DNA of 64,000 nt, taken from positions 32,001 through 96,000 of the forward strand of contig JBDRQI010000002.1 of assembly GCA_043826355.1 (NCBI GenBank), given 5' to 3'. The stretch comes from Candidatus Omnitrophota bacterium (GTDB lineage Bacteria > Ratteibacteria > UBA8468 > MWAK01). The notes under the pieces are model-generated. The model made no database searches and was not told where the DNA came from. It saw only the letters and a list, made by a program, of their open reading frames with translations. How positions within the stretch are numbered: the stretch's first letter is position 1; each line of letters starts with the position of its first letter. Below are positions 1-8,393 of the stretch, one piece after another. The translations under genes were made by a program, and so were the position numbers.

Positions 1-66
1 GGAGAACTGAAAGTTAAGACCTTGCACGAATACCACGCCGATCTTAAATCCCGGGAACGTGTTTGA
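1..66 (+). CDS. 3' end of a gene entering the window, probably the C-terminal half of carbamoyl-phosphate synthase large subunit
   Basis: Frame 1 reads GELKVKTLHEYHADLKSRERV*, resembling the usual CarB C-terminal l.V.sLqeYH motif; only 21 codons visible. Confidence 0.55.
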   Translation, partial: GELKVKTLHEYHADLKSRERV

Positions 67-191
67 AAAAAATGAAGAAGTGGGATTTTATCCCCTCCCA
101 AATGTAGTGCGACCCCTGCCTACGCCAGCAACTGGTTTTGGCGAGGCAAACTTTCAGTGCCGGCTGCTAATGGTGAAAGGAGGATTCCGGT

Positions 192-641
192 ATGAAAATG
201 CTTAAAGAGTTCCGGGAATTCGCCATGCGGGGTAATGTCCTTGACATGGCCATCGGTATCATCATCGGCACCGCCTTCGGCAAGATTATCACCTCGTTCG
301 TTAACGACATCCTGATGCCGCCCATAGGCGTTTTGCTGGGGAGAGTGGACTTTGCCAACCTCTTCGTCAATCTCTCCCCTCAGCGCTATCAGCGGCTGGC
401 TGATGCGAAAGCCGCCGGCGCCGCCACCATCAACTACGGCCTCTTTTTGAACACCATCACCGATTTTATCATCGTCGCCTTTGTCATCTTCCTTTTGATA
501 AAACAGGTTAACCGGTTTAAAAAGAAGGAAGAACCATCTGTTCCGGCAAAGAAAGATTGTCCGTACTGCCTCTCCCCCGTTCCGGTCAAAGCCGTTCGTT
601 GCGCGCACTGCACCTCGGAGTTGAAGCCGGTAGAAGGTTAA
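192..641 (+). CDS. mscL: Large-conductance mechanosensitive channel with C-terminal Cys-rich tail
   Basis: [49 protein letters not shown]; tail CPYC-x10-CAHC. Confidence 0.95.
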   Translation: MKMLKEFREFAMRGNVLDMAIGIIIGTAFGKIITSFVNDILMPPIGVLLGRVDFANLFVNLSPQRYQRLADAKAAGAATINYGLFLNTITDFIIVAFVIFLLIKQVNRFKKKEEPSVPAKKDCPYCLSPVPVKAVRCAHCTSELKPVEG

Positions 642-647
642 AGGATA

Positions 648-992
648 ATGGCCGAAGGAAAGAAGCGAAAGACCGGGTATTGCATAGCGGTAATTACCTG
701 CCCTTCCAAAGAGGATGCTTTAAAGATCAAAGATTTTCTGCTGAAAAGCCGGTTGGCGGCCTGCGTTAACATACTTGAGGACGTGAACTCCTTTTTCTGG
801 TGGCAGGGTAAGATTGATTTTGCTTCCGAGGTTATGGCGCTGGTCAAAACAACCCGCGCCAAATTTAAAAAAATCGTCGCCTGCGTTACGAAGGTCCATC
901 CCTATAAAGTTCCGGAAATAATCGCCGTCCCCATAATTGACGGAAACAAACCCTACCTTGAATGGATAGATGACAGCCTGCAATCCACGTAG
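648..992 (+). CDS. cutA: Divalent-cation tolerance protein CutA
   Basis: RLAACVNI, SFFWWQGKI, HPYKVPEII, YLEWI motifs. Confidence 0.93.
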   Translation: MAEGKKRKTGYCIAVITCPSKEDALKIKDFLLKSRLAACVNILEDVNSFFWWQGKIDFASEVMALVKTTRAKFKKIVACVTKVHPYKVPEIIAVPIIDGNKPYLEWIDDSLQST

Positions 993-1206
993 TTGTTCTA
1001 ACGCAGTTTAGCGCAACAATTCTGTTGGCAACTACAGCCGTCCCTAGGGTATAATATCGGATGTTTTCGCGCCTGGATGGCGTGAACCGTAGTTCAGGAG
1101 ACGCAAAATCTTGCCTGCAATTCTTCTTGGCGTCAACGGCAGACGCAGTAGTAATAAAAAATCTATAGAGGTATTACGAATAATCATTTACACGAATAAA
1201 GTTTCA

Positions 1207-1291
1207 GCCGGGATGGCGGAACGGCAGACGCAAAGGACTTAAAATCCTTTGGGGAGTAATCTTCGTGGGGGTTCGAGTCCCCCTCCCGGCA
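1207..1291 (+). tRNA. tRNA-Leu (anticodon TAA)
   Basis: Acceptor GCCGGGA/TCCCGGC, anticodon arm AAGGA-CTTAAAA-TCCTT, long variable arm, GTTCGAGTC T-loop; CCA not encoded. Confidence 0.95.
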
Positions 1292-1307
1292 CTAATTCCT
1301 GAAAAAA

Positions 1308-1553
1308 GGGACTCGAAGAGAGCACTGCTAATGCGACGAATAAGGAGCATTCGCCTGGCAGGGGTGGCGAGAAGGTGAGCCACCCTATCCTTAAAAGCAT
1401 TAAATAGGCAACGCGACGAGAAGGAGCAGCGACAGCGGGTCCCGTATAGGCGGCCGTTGCCTTCTACGGGGCGGGTGGCCTAGTCGAACGCAGTAAAGCG
1501 AGACCTCCGAATTTTAAGTGACGAAGCCTTGGCGCAGTCACTCCCGTTTTTTT
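1308..1553. repeat. Multi-hairpin non-coding element downstream of tRNA-Leu
   Basis: Several stems (GGGTGGC/GCCACCC, AGGCAACG/CGTTGCCT, AGTGAC/GTCACT), repeated GCGACGA..AAGGAGC motif, ends in a T-run. Confidence 0.5.
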
Positions 1554-1652
1554 GCTCTGCTGAAAATCCTGAAACGAAATTTGAACCCAGTGATGTGCGC
1601 AGGGGAAATTCCTTTCACCCGGTTCCGGTAAGATGGTAATATTTAGAATAAA

Positions 1653-2804
1653 ATGACGAGAATTTGCGCCTTTCTGTTTTTTTTGTGTCTGTCCGGGTGC
1701 GCCGCCAGACAGTTTGTGCCGTCAAAAAACACGGTGTTTATCCATCCCGGAGGGATGCACACTGTTCCGCAGATTCAAACGGTAAGGCAAAACAAGGAGA
1801 AAGAACCCTGGAAATCCGCATATGACCAGTTAATTCGGGAGGCGGACAAGGGACTTGCCGAAGATGCCGCCGCCGTAAGAGTTTTAACAGTTCCCGCATA
1901 CTATTTTAATCCCGTCCAGAGCATGTCCGCGAAAAAAGGTTTAAGCGAAAATGCTTCCGCCGCCTATGCTCTTGCCCTGGCTTATCAACTGGATTCAAAC
2001 GACAAGAGGATACAATATGCCCAAAAATCCGTGAACTTGCTGACCGCCTGGGCAAAAATTAACAAGCGTGTTTCGGGTGCTGACGGAGACCTGGTTCTCT
2101 GTTACGCGGGTATTCCGATGATTTTTGCGGCCGATTTGCTTTCCGATTACGACGGCTGGACTATTTATGACCGGGAAACATTTAAAGAATGGGTTGACCT
2201 GGTTTTCCGGAAAAGTGCCGATAAGATAAAAACGAGAGCGAATAACTGGGGTGCTTGGGGAGTTTTTGCTTCCATATCCGCAGCCCATTTGCTCGACGAC
2301 CGGCAGGGGGTATTGGACGATATTAATCTGATAAAAAAGCGTATTTCAGAGACAATTGCCTCAAATGGTGAGTTGCCCCAGGAGAACAAAAGAACAAACA
2401 GCGGGATGTGGTATACATATTTTGCCCTTGCAGCTACGACGGGTGCGGGGCAAATTGCACTGAACGCGACCGGTACCAATCTTTTTGAATACACCACGCC
2501 AAATGGCCGGACAATAAAGCTTGCCCTGGATAGGTTTTTTCTATATTGTCAAAAGGCCTGCGAGTGGCCTTACAGAAAACCGATTGGTCCGCTTGGTAAG
2601 ATATATAACATTTTTTACCCGTCCACAGATGAATTGAAAATTCCCGAGCCTTGGGACTGGCCGGCGAATCTTTATGAAGCAATGTCCGCCGTTTACGGGG
2701 AAAAAGATTGGGAAGGTTGGTTAGAAAAACACCGTCCTATCCGGGGAGGGCGCGGGTGGATTTACCCCACCCTGATGCGCAGCCCGGGGGCTGCAACCAA
2801 TTAA
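1653..2804 (+). CDS. Alginate-lyase-family (alpha/alpha barrel) lipoprotein
   Basis: Lipobox LSGC; FIHPGGMHT; AYALALAY; NNWGAWG motif; WYTYFAL. Confidence 0.7.
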   Translation: MTRICAFLFFLCLSGCAARQFVPSKNTVFIHPGGMHTVPQIQTVRQNKEKEPWKSAYDQLIREADKGLAEDAAAVRVLTVPAYYFNPVQSMSAKKGLSENASAAYALALAYQLDSNDKRIQYAQKSVNLLTAWAKINKRVSGADGDLVLCYAGIPMIFAADLLSDYDGWTIYDRETFKEWVDLVFRKSADKIKTRANNWGAWGVFASISAAHLLDDRQGVLDDINLIKKRISETIASNGELPQENKRTNSGMWYTYFALAATTGAGQIALNATGTNLFEYTTPNGRTIKLALDRFFLYCQKACEWPYRKPIGPLGKIYNIFYPSTDELKIPEPWDWPANLYEAMSAVYGEKDWEGWLEKHRPIRGGRGWIYPTLMRSPGAATN

Positions 2805-2988
2805 AGAGTTTTGTGGTTTTTCCGCCCCGGGTGCCTGTTGAAACCCGGCTGACTTGACCCCAGGGAAAATCATTAGTCAGAAAAATTAACCCGCCGATAC
2901 GATTAAACGCCAACTAAACCAAATTACCCCCATAAAGCATGAACGCAGGGTGTTTTCTGGAAAAGCGCAAAACCCTAACCTTATTTTG

Positions 2989-2997
2989 TGCTATAAT
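2989..2997 (+). promoter_or_regulatory. Extended -10 promoter element for tRNA-Arg
   Basis: TGCTATAAT about 23 nt upstream of the tRNA. Confidence 0.5.
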
Positions 2998-3020
2998 AAA
3001 AATGTAATCCCCGCGTTTTT

Positions 3021-3094
3021 GCGCCCATAGCTCAATAGGATAGAGCGTCAGGTTGCGGACCTGAAGGCTGGAGGTTCGATTCCTCTTGGGCGCG
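3021..3094 (+). tRNA. tRNA-Arg (anticodon GCG)
   Basis: Acceptor GCGCCCA/TGGGCGC, D-arm GCTC/GAGC, anticodon arm TCAGG-TTGCGGA-CCTGA, GGTTCGATTCC. Confidence 0.93.
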
Positions 3095-3167
3095 CCGGCT
3101 AAAATACTGCATAGAGAAATCAAACCGGCAAAGGGTGCGAAGCTTTAGCTTCGCGGAAGGAAAAATT

Positions 3168-3992
3168 ATGTTGAGAACGATAAGGAAAAGAGGTGTTTTA
3201 GTGCTGGCGGGTTTATTCTGTTGTCTGCTTGCCGGAAAGGTTTTCAGTCAGGAGATGACCGCGGAACAACTGACAGCCGACATAAGCCAGAAATGGAGCA
3301 ACGTCCAGGATTTACAGGGTGATATGACGGTTGGCATGCAGATGTTCGGCAAGATGATGGAGATAAAAGGCGCCATCTGGCAGAAAGAGAAGCTTTTCCG
3401 GGCAGAAATGACGCTGCCGCCGGAATTGATGCCGCCGACCGATAAACCGACTGAACCGCTTAAGGTGCTGATGGTCTTTGACGGCAAGATAATGTGGCAG
3501 ATGTGGCCGATGATGAATATGGCGACCAAAATTGATTTTTCCGCCCTGGAAGGAAAGATAAAGAACGCGCCGTTTTCAAAATCGTTTCATTCGCTTCCGG
3601 CCGTGTCTTATCAACTAAGCGAAAAGAAACGAAACGGAAACGATTATTATTTTCTGGAAACCAAAAACAGCAAGGAATTTATCCAGAACAGTCCGGTGGC
3701 CGGTTTAGGCGTAAACCTGCCTACAAACATGTCTTTCCAGAGTGTCGGCGTATGGGTTAACAAAGGCACCCTTTTTCCGGACCTGATTGAATTCTATATT
3801 CAGAAAAATACGCCGGGGATGTACGTGGAATTTAAAAATGTCAAAATCGACCAGGGCCTTGCTCAAGAACTATTTACCTTTAAAGTACCTGAGGGCGTGC
3901 AGGTGATGGATATGACCGCGTCGATGAAAGCGATTGCGGGAAAGACGACGCAACCGGCGGCCGAGCCGGATACCGGCCAGGTGCCACAATAA
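3168..3992 (+). CDS. LolA-like exported lipoprotein-carrier/sorting protein
   Basis: Signal peptide; VFDGKIMW; C-terminal EFKNVKIDQGLAQELFTFKVPEGVQVMD typical of LolA-like fold. Confidence 0.7.
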   Translation: MLRTIRKRGVLVLAGLFCCLLAGKVFSQEMTAEQLTADISQKWSNVQDLQGDMTVGMQMFGKMMEIKGAIWQKEKLFRAEMTLPPELMPPTDKPTEPLKVLMVFDGKIMWQMWPMMNMATKIDFSALEGKIKNAPFSKSFHSLPAVSYQLSEKKRNGNDYYFLETKNSKEFIQNSPVAGLGVNLPTNMSFQSVGVWVNKGTLFPDLIEFYIQKNTPGMYVEFKNVKIDQGLAQELFTFKVPEGVQVMDMTASMKAIAGKTTQPAAEPDTGQVPQ

Positions 3993-4034
3993 TACCGATT
4001 TGGATTTCGAAATAGAGCAGGGCGGAATCGGAAT

Positions 4035-4121
4035 GGAGAGGTGCCTGAGCGGTTGAAAGGGCCGGTCTCGAAAACCGGTAGGCGATTTATCGCCTCGTGA
4101 GTTCGAATCTCACCCTCTCCG
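4035..4121 (+). tRNA. tRNA-Ser (anticodon CGA)
   Basis: Acceptor GGAGAGG/CCTCTCC, anticodon arm CCGGT-CTCGAAA-ACCGG, long variable arm, GTTCGAATC. Confidence 0.95.
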
Positions 4122-4222
4122 CCTACAAAAGGCTACGGAGGATAAAGTCAGCCGCTAAACTTATTTTCGGGGTGGGATTCGAAAACAAAAAGGTGCGGAA
4201 AATATCTTTTCCCGCTTTGAAG

Positions 4223-5146
4223 TTAGAACAGTTTTTCATCGTGCATCCAGGCGACTGCCCGCGCCATCGTTTCCTCGGGAGTGTATTCGGGAACATAATC
4301 AAGTTTTTCCCGGATTTTGGTTATATCAGGGCACATGTGGACCAGGAAGTGGTAGCTGGCTCCATGGTCCGGCAAAATCTTTTCTTGAAACTCCCCTGCG
4401 CTTACATATTCAACCGGTATCTTTACACCGTAGATTTCTCCGTAGGTCTCCACAAACCTGGTTGCCGTCAGGGCATAAGCCGAACCGACGTTGAATATTT
4501 TATCGGCCGCTGTTTCCGGCTTACGGACCGCGCGCCGAAAACCCTGTGCCACATCGGAAGCATCGCAGGGTCCAAGCAGGTTGTTGCATCCTTCCGGTAG
4601 TTGAACCGGCTCGCCTCTTTTATGCGATTTATGAACTTCAAGACTGCGCCCGCCTCTGCAATCCAGGGGTATTTTGCCGGGTCCGCAGATATTCGGCGGC
4701 AGGATTGCCGTGAAAGGGATTTTGTCCTTACGGGCTGTTTCCTTAACGGCTAAAATTTCATCGTATCTTCTTTGATAGCCTTCAAATCGACAGGGCCCCT
4801 GGGTTTCTTCCGGAACCGGAACGGTCTTTGGAATTCCCAGCATCCAGATCGAACCGCATACGATTATGTGCCGGGCCCTGTTTTTTACCGCCTGATAAAG
4901 TCCGGGAAGGTCGGCTCCCAGAATGTCAATGAATACCTCTGACTCTTCTTTGGCTGTGAGGTCAAGCCATGATTTTTTGTCGGTTGGGTAAGAACCCGTT
5001 TTGAAAATTGCGCGGTCCCAAGCCTTTCCTGCCGGCACCGGGGTGCGCCCCCGGGTTACTACGGTTACCGTGTGCCCGTCGTCAACCAACTGCGGAATTA
5101 AAAATCGGCCGATGTGTCCGGTCCCGCCGATGACAAAAACTTTCAC
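4223..5146 (-). CDS. NAD-dependent epimerase/dehydratase (extended SDR)
   Basis: N-terminal KVFVIGGTGHIG Rossmann motif; PPNICGPG; IFNVGS; RBS GGAGG before GTG. Confidence 0.85.
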   Translation of the reverse strand: MKVFVIGGTGHIGRFLIPQLVDDGHTVTVVTRGRTPVPAGKAWDRAIFKTGSYPTDKKSWLDLTAKEESEVFIDILGADLPGLYQAVKNRARHIIVCGSIWMLGIPKTVPVPEETQGPCRFEGYQRRYDEILAVKETARKDKIPFTAILPPNICGPGKIPLDCRGGRSLEVHKSHKRGEPVQLPEGCNNLLGPCDASDVAQGFRRAVRKPETAADKIFNVGSAYALTATRFVETYGEIYGVKIPVEYVSAGEFQEKILPDHGASYHFLVHMCPDITKIREKLDYVPEYTPEETMARAVAWMHDEKLF

Positions 5147-5546
5147 GGGAATCCTCCATTTATGTTTTGATTTGAGGTCTTCGGAATAGCGCTATGTTTT
5201 TGGCAACCACTGTCCTGTCTACTCCGGACCTTGGTCTTATTTTAGCAAAGATACGGAGGATTCTGTCAAATTTTACCGTTTAGATTAAATTTTCGACCAG
5301 TTATGGAATGGTACGTTTGACAAGAATAAACATTCCGTTGCACTATAATAACAAAACCCGGCTCATCATGCGCGGCTCCCGCGGTTTTCCAATGAAAGAA
5401 AAAGAAGAGGTTTTCGTTTCCGAACCCAACGAATTAAATGCTCTTTCCTATCCAAAGAAAAGGGGGGATAACCTGGATTTGTTGTGAGAAAATTTCTTCT
5501 TTCTTGTTCCTCGCACACGGGGGGTACGGGAGGGGCGACAAAAACC

Positions 5547-6050
5547 ATGAAAATTACAAAAAAACCAAAAAAAGAAAATCTGAAAATTAGGCTGGGAACC
5601 GAGGCAGATCTGGACCGCGTCTCGGAAATCGTAAAGAAGATATGGGGTATGGGCGGGGACAGTTTGTTGGAACAAAGATTCGGAATTATCGGAAATAAAC
5701 CGTGGCAGGAATGGACGAGCGCCGATATTCTGAAGTATATCAGAGAAAAGATGGGGTTTTTCCTGGCAGCCGAATTAAAAGGAAAGGTTGTTGGATTTGC
5801 AACCTACCGGTTAGATCAGGACCGCAAAATAGGAACCGTTGGCTATAACGGCGTGGATCCGGATTACGGCGGAAAAGGAATCGGAACAAAGTTGGTTGAA
5901 AAAACATTGAACCGCATGCGCAAGAACGGAATAGTTTACGCGCGGGTTATTACCGGTCTCAACGAAGGACACAAACCAGCCAGAAAGATGTACGAAAAAA
6001 TAGGGTTCAAACCATTGCTGGAAACAATTTCCTATGCCATAAAGTTATAA
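5547..6050 (+). CDS. GNAT family N-acetyltransferase
   Basis: VDPDYGGKGIGTKL acetyl-CoA motif; PARKMYEKIGF. Confidence 0.88.
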   Translation: MKITKKPKKENLKIRLGTEADLDRVSEIVKKIWGMGGDSLLEQRFGIIGNKPWQEWTSADILKYIREKMGFFLAAELKGKVVGFATYRLDQDRKIGTVGYNGVDPDYGGKGIGTKLVEKTLNRMRKNGIVYARVITGLNEGHKPARKMYEKIGFKPLLETISYAIKL

Positions 6051-6066
6051 TAAGGGAGAAAACTTC

Positions 6067-6939
6067 ATGAAGCCGAAGATTATAATGCACATTAACTATT
6101 GCGAACAGGGCCAGACCGTTCCGGAGATTTGTCAGAAGGCGGTAGATTGGGGTTTTGACGGGGTTGAATTCCGGAGAAAGCGCAGGGGAATAGAGGAAAG
6201 CGTCGAGGAATATCTTGACAATATCGTCCGGGCCGCAGCCAAAGCAAAAATGAAGCGCGTAATCTTCGGCGAACCGGGACCAGACCTGATGGTAGCCGGT
6301 GCCAACGAACGCCGCAGGGAACTTAAGGAGGTAATTGAATTCTATCGTCTGGCCGCCGTGCGATTTAAACTAACCACCTGCAACATTACTGCCGGCGCTC
6401 TCTTGAACCCGGATAAGAACGTGCCGTATGAAAGATATGAACTGCACGGGTCGCAGGTTGCCACCCGGGAACAATGGGACTGGACTGTTTCCGGTTTTAA
6501 GACGCTCGGCACTCTGGCCGAAAAACTTGGTTTCCGGCTGGCATTTGAAACCCACATGGGCTACCTGCATGACCTGCCCCGGGCGGCGAAAAAACTATCT
6601 GACCTGATAGGCAGCCCGGCCATCGGCGTAAATCTTGATTACGCGAATTACATAAACTTCCCGAACCATCTTTCAATACGCGAAACCATAGAAGAGATGG
6701 GCGACAGGTTATATTACGTACATCTCAAGAATTCCATATCAGCCGGGAAAAACGTCCGTTTCCCCTCCGGCCTGGCGCAGGGTGAAATCAATAACCGGGA
6801 ATTTCTCGGAATATTAAAGGAACGGGGATACGGAGGGCATATCTGCATTGAGGCGCCGCGGCCCGGAGACCGGGAGTATTATGCGCAGCAGGACATCGCA
6901 TACCTGAAATCGTTAATAAAAGACATAAAATGGACCTGA
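6067..6939 (+). CDS. Sugar phosphate isomerase/epimerase (xylose-isomerase-like TIM barrel)
   Basis: GFDGVEF, LAFETH, VNLDYAN, YVHLKN, ICIE motifs. Confidence 0.85.
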   Translation: MKPKIIMHINYCEQGQTVPEICQKAVDWGFDGVEFRRKRRGIEESVEEYLDNIVRAAAKAKMKRVIFGEPGPDLMVAGANERRRELKEVIEFYRLAAVRFKLTTCNITAGALLNPDKNVPYERYELHGSQVATREQWDWTVSGFKTLGTLAEKLGFRLAFETHMGYLHDLPRAAKKLSDLIGSPAIGVNLDYANYINFPNHLSIRETIEEMGDRLYYVHLKNSISAGKNVRFPSGLAQGEINNREFLGILKERGYGGHICIEAPRPGDREYYAQQDIAYLKSLIKDIKWT

Positions 6940-6950
6940 CCGGAGGAAAA

Positions 6951-8363
6951 ATGGCTTACCGAAACTACCGCTTATCCGGGGGACTCACCGAAGATGACCT
7001 GAAGAACATCTACCGGGAAATTCTCCTGGTTCTGAAAAAAATAGGCGTGGAGATAGACCACCCGGCTATACTGGAATTACTTGCCAAACGGAAAGGAATA
7101 GAAGTAAAGGGCAAGCGGGTCCATTATGACAAGAAACTGGTGGAAGATTTTATTCCGCTGATCAAACAACAGAACGCCGAATATTCCTACAACCGGAAAA
7201 ACGGAGAAAAATTCCGCATGCTCCCGCCGTATATGGCACGGTATTACACGGATATTGACACCGGAGAAACCCGCCTGGCCACCCTGAACGACTGCATAGA
7301 GGCGGTTAAATTTTGCGATTCCTACGATATGTACGGACCTTCGCCAATCCATCTGCAGGGCGTATCCGTTCATCTCCGGCAGGTAGCCACCGAAAAAGTA
7401 TGTGTGGAAAACAGCCGGGAGATGGGTGGTTTCTGTGTGGCGGAAAGCGCAAAAGAAGCGGAACTTATGTGCCGGATAGGCCGGGCCTCCGGCCGCAAAC
7501 CCCCTTATTGCGTTATGGAAATACCCATCAGCCCGTTGAGATTGAACCATAACTGCCTGGACATTATCTACCAAAACAGAGACCACAAATATAATCTTTC
7601 CGGCATCTGCCTGGGAGGCGGCGCCGCCCCACTGTCCGGCGCTTCCGGCGCAATCTTCTTCCCCGGTATATTGGTGCAGGGTATGGCAGAAGCGCTTGCC
7701 GCATATATTACGCCAAAACTGATCGACCCGGATGTTTATGGTTACTGCTCCTTCGGCGGATTTATTTTTGACTTGAGAAAAATGCAGGTTTCCAAGCCGT
7801 TCCCGGAATCGGTCTTTCATTCCCTGGCAATCAGACAGGTGATAAAGTACGTGCTTGGAGAGAAATTCGGCGTTAGCTTCTCCTGCAACATAAACAATCT
7901 CGGCGACGTCTTCCGGGTGGCGTTCGGCCTGGGCCTGGGTATTTGCGACGGCGCCACCTCCGTTATGGGAATCGGCGGAGAGAGTTCCGGGGCCGGCGGC
8001 CAGATTGACTATTTCAACCCGGTCATGGCAGTAATTCAGGCCGACATAATCAGGCATTGCGAAAGATTCGCCCGGGGCTTTAAGCTGGAAGAGGAAAAAG
8101 AGATATCCCTGAAAGTGATAGAAGAAGCCGTTTATACCGGGATGCCGAACAGTTTCCTTGACCATCCGACTACCTTGCAGCACCGGGAAATTTACCTGGA
8201 ACCGGAGTTGTTTTTCAAATTTTCCGGGGAAGAACTAAACCGGAAAGCCAGAGAAATCGCCAGAAGAAAGATTGGCGGGCATAATTTTGTTCTGCCTGAA
8301 GACAGACGCGAGGCAGTGGAAGAAGTATATCGCAAAGCGGATAAAATCTTAGGCGGAAATTAA
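6951..8363 (+). CDS. Trimethylamine methyltransferase (MttB) superfamily protein, divergent, no in-frame amber codon
   Basis: L..IGVEIDHPAILELL, RLATLND, ISPLRL, GILVQGMAEALA, FLDHPTT; RBS GGAGG before ATG 6951. Confidence 0.7.
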   Translation: MAYRNYRLSGGLTEDDLKNIYREILLVLKKIGVEIDHPAILELLAKRKGIEVKGKRVHYDKKLVEDFIPLIKQQNAEYSYNRKNGEKFRMLPPYMARYYTDIDTGETRLATLNDCIEAVKFCDSYDMYGPSPIHLQGVSVHLRQVATEKVCVENSREMGGFCVAESAKEAELMCRIGRASGRKPPYCVMEIPISPLRLNHNCLDIIYQNRDHKYNLSGICLGGGAAPLSGASGAIFFPGILVQGMAEALAAYITPKLIDPDVYGYCSFGGFIFDLRKMQVSKPFPESVFHSLAIRQVIKYVLGEKFGVSFSCNINNLGDVFRVAFGLGLGICDGATSVMGIGGESSGAGGQIDYFNPVMAVIQADIIRHCERFARGFKLEEEKEISLKVIEEAVYTGMPNSFLDHPTTLQHREIYLEPELFFKFSGEELNRKAREIARRKIGGHNFVLPEDRREAVEEVYRKADKILGGN

Positions 8364-8393
8364 TTATTGATCTAAAGATTGAGGATAAAAAGC

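Noticed and set aside
1207..4121. Integrative element or prophage at the tRNA genes
   Set aside because: No integrase, phage genes or direct repeat of a tRNA 3' end found in the window
5317..5349. TTGACA and TATAAT as a canonical promoter pair
   Set aside because: 21-nt spacing is too long; only the -10 is credible
7077..8183. 368-aa minus-strand ORF and many other long antisense ORFs in the track
   Set aside because: They overlap well-supported genes on the opposite strand and show no recognisable motifs; shadow ORFs
6951..8363. Pyrrolysine recoding in the MttB-like gene
   Set aside because: No in-frame TAG and no pyl genes in the window
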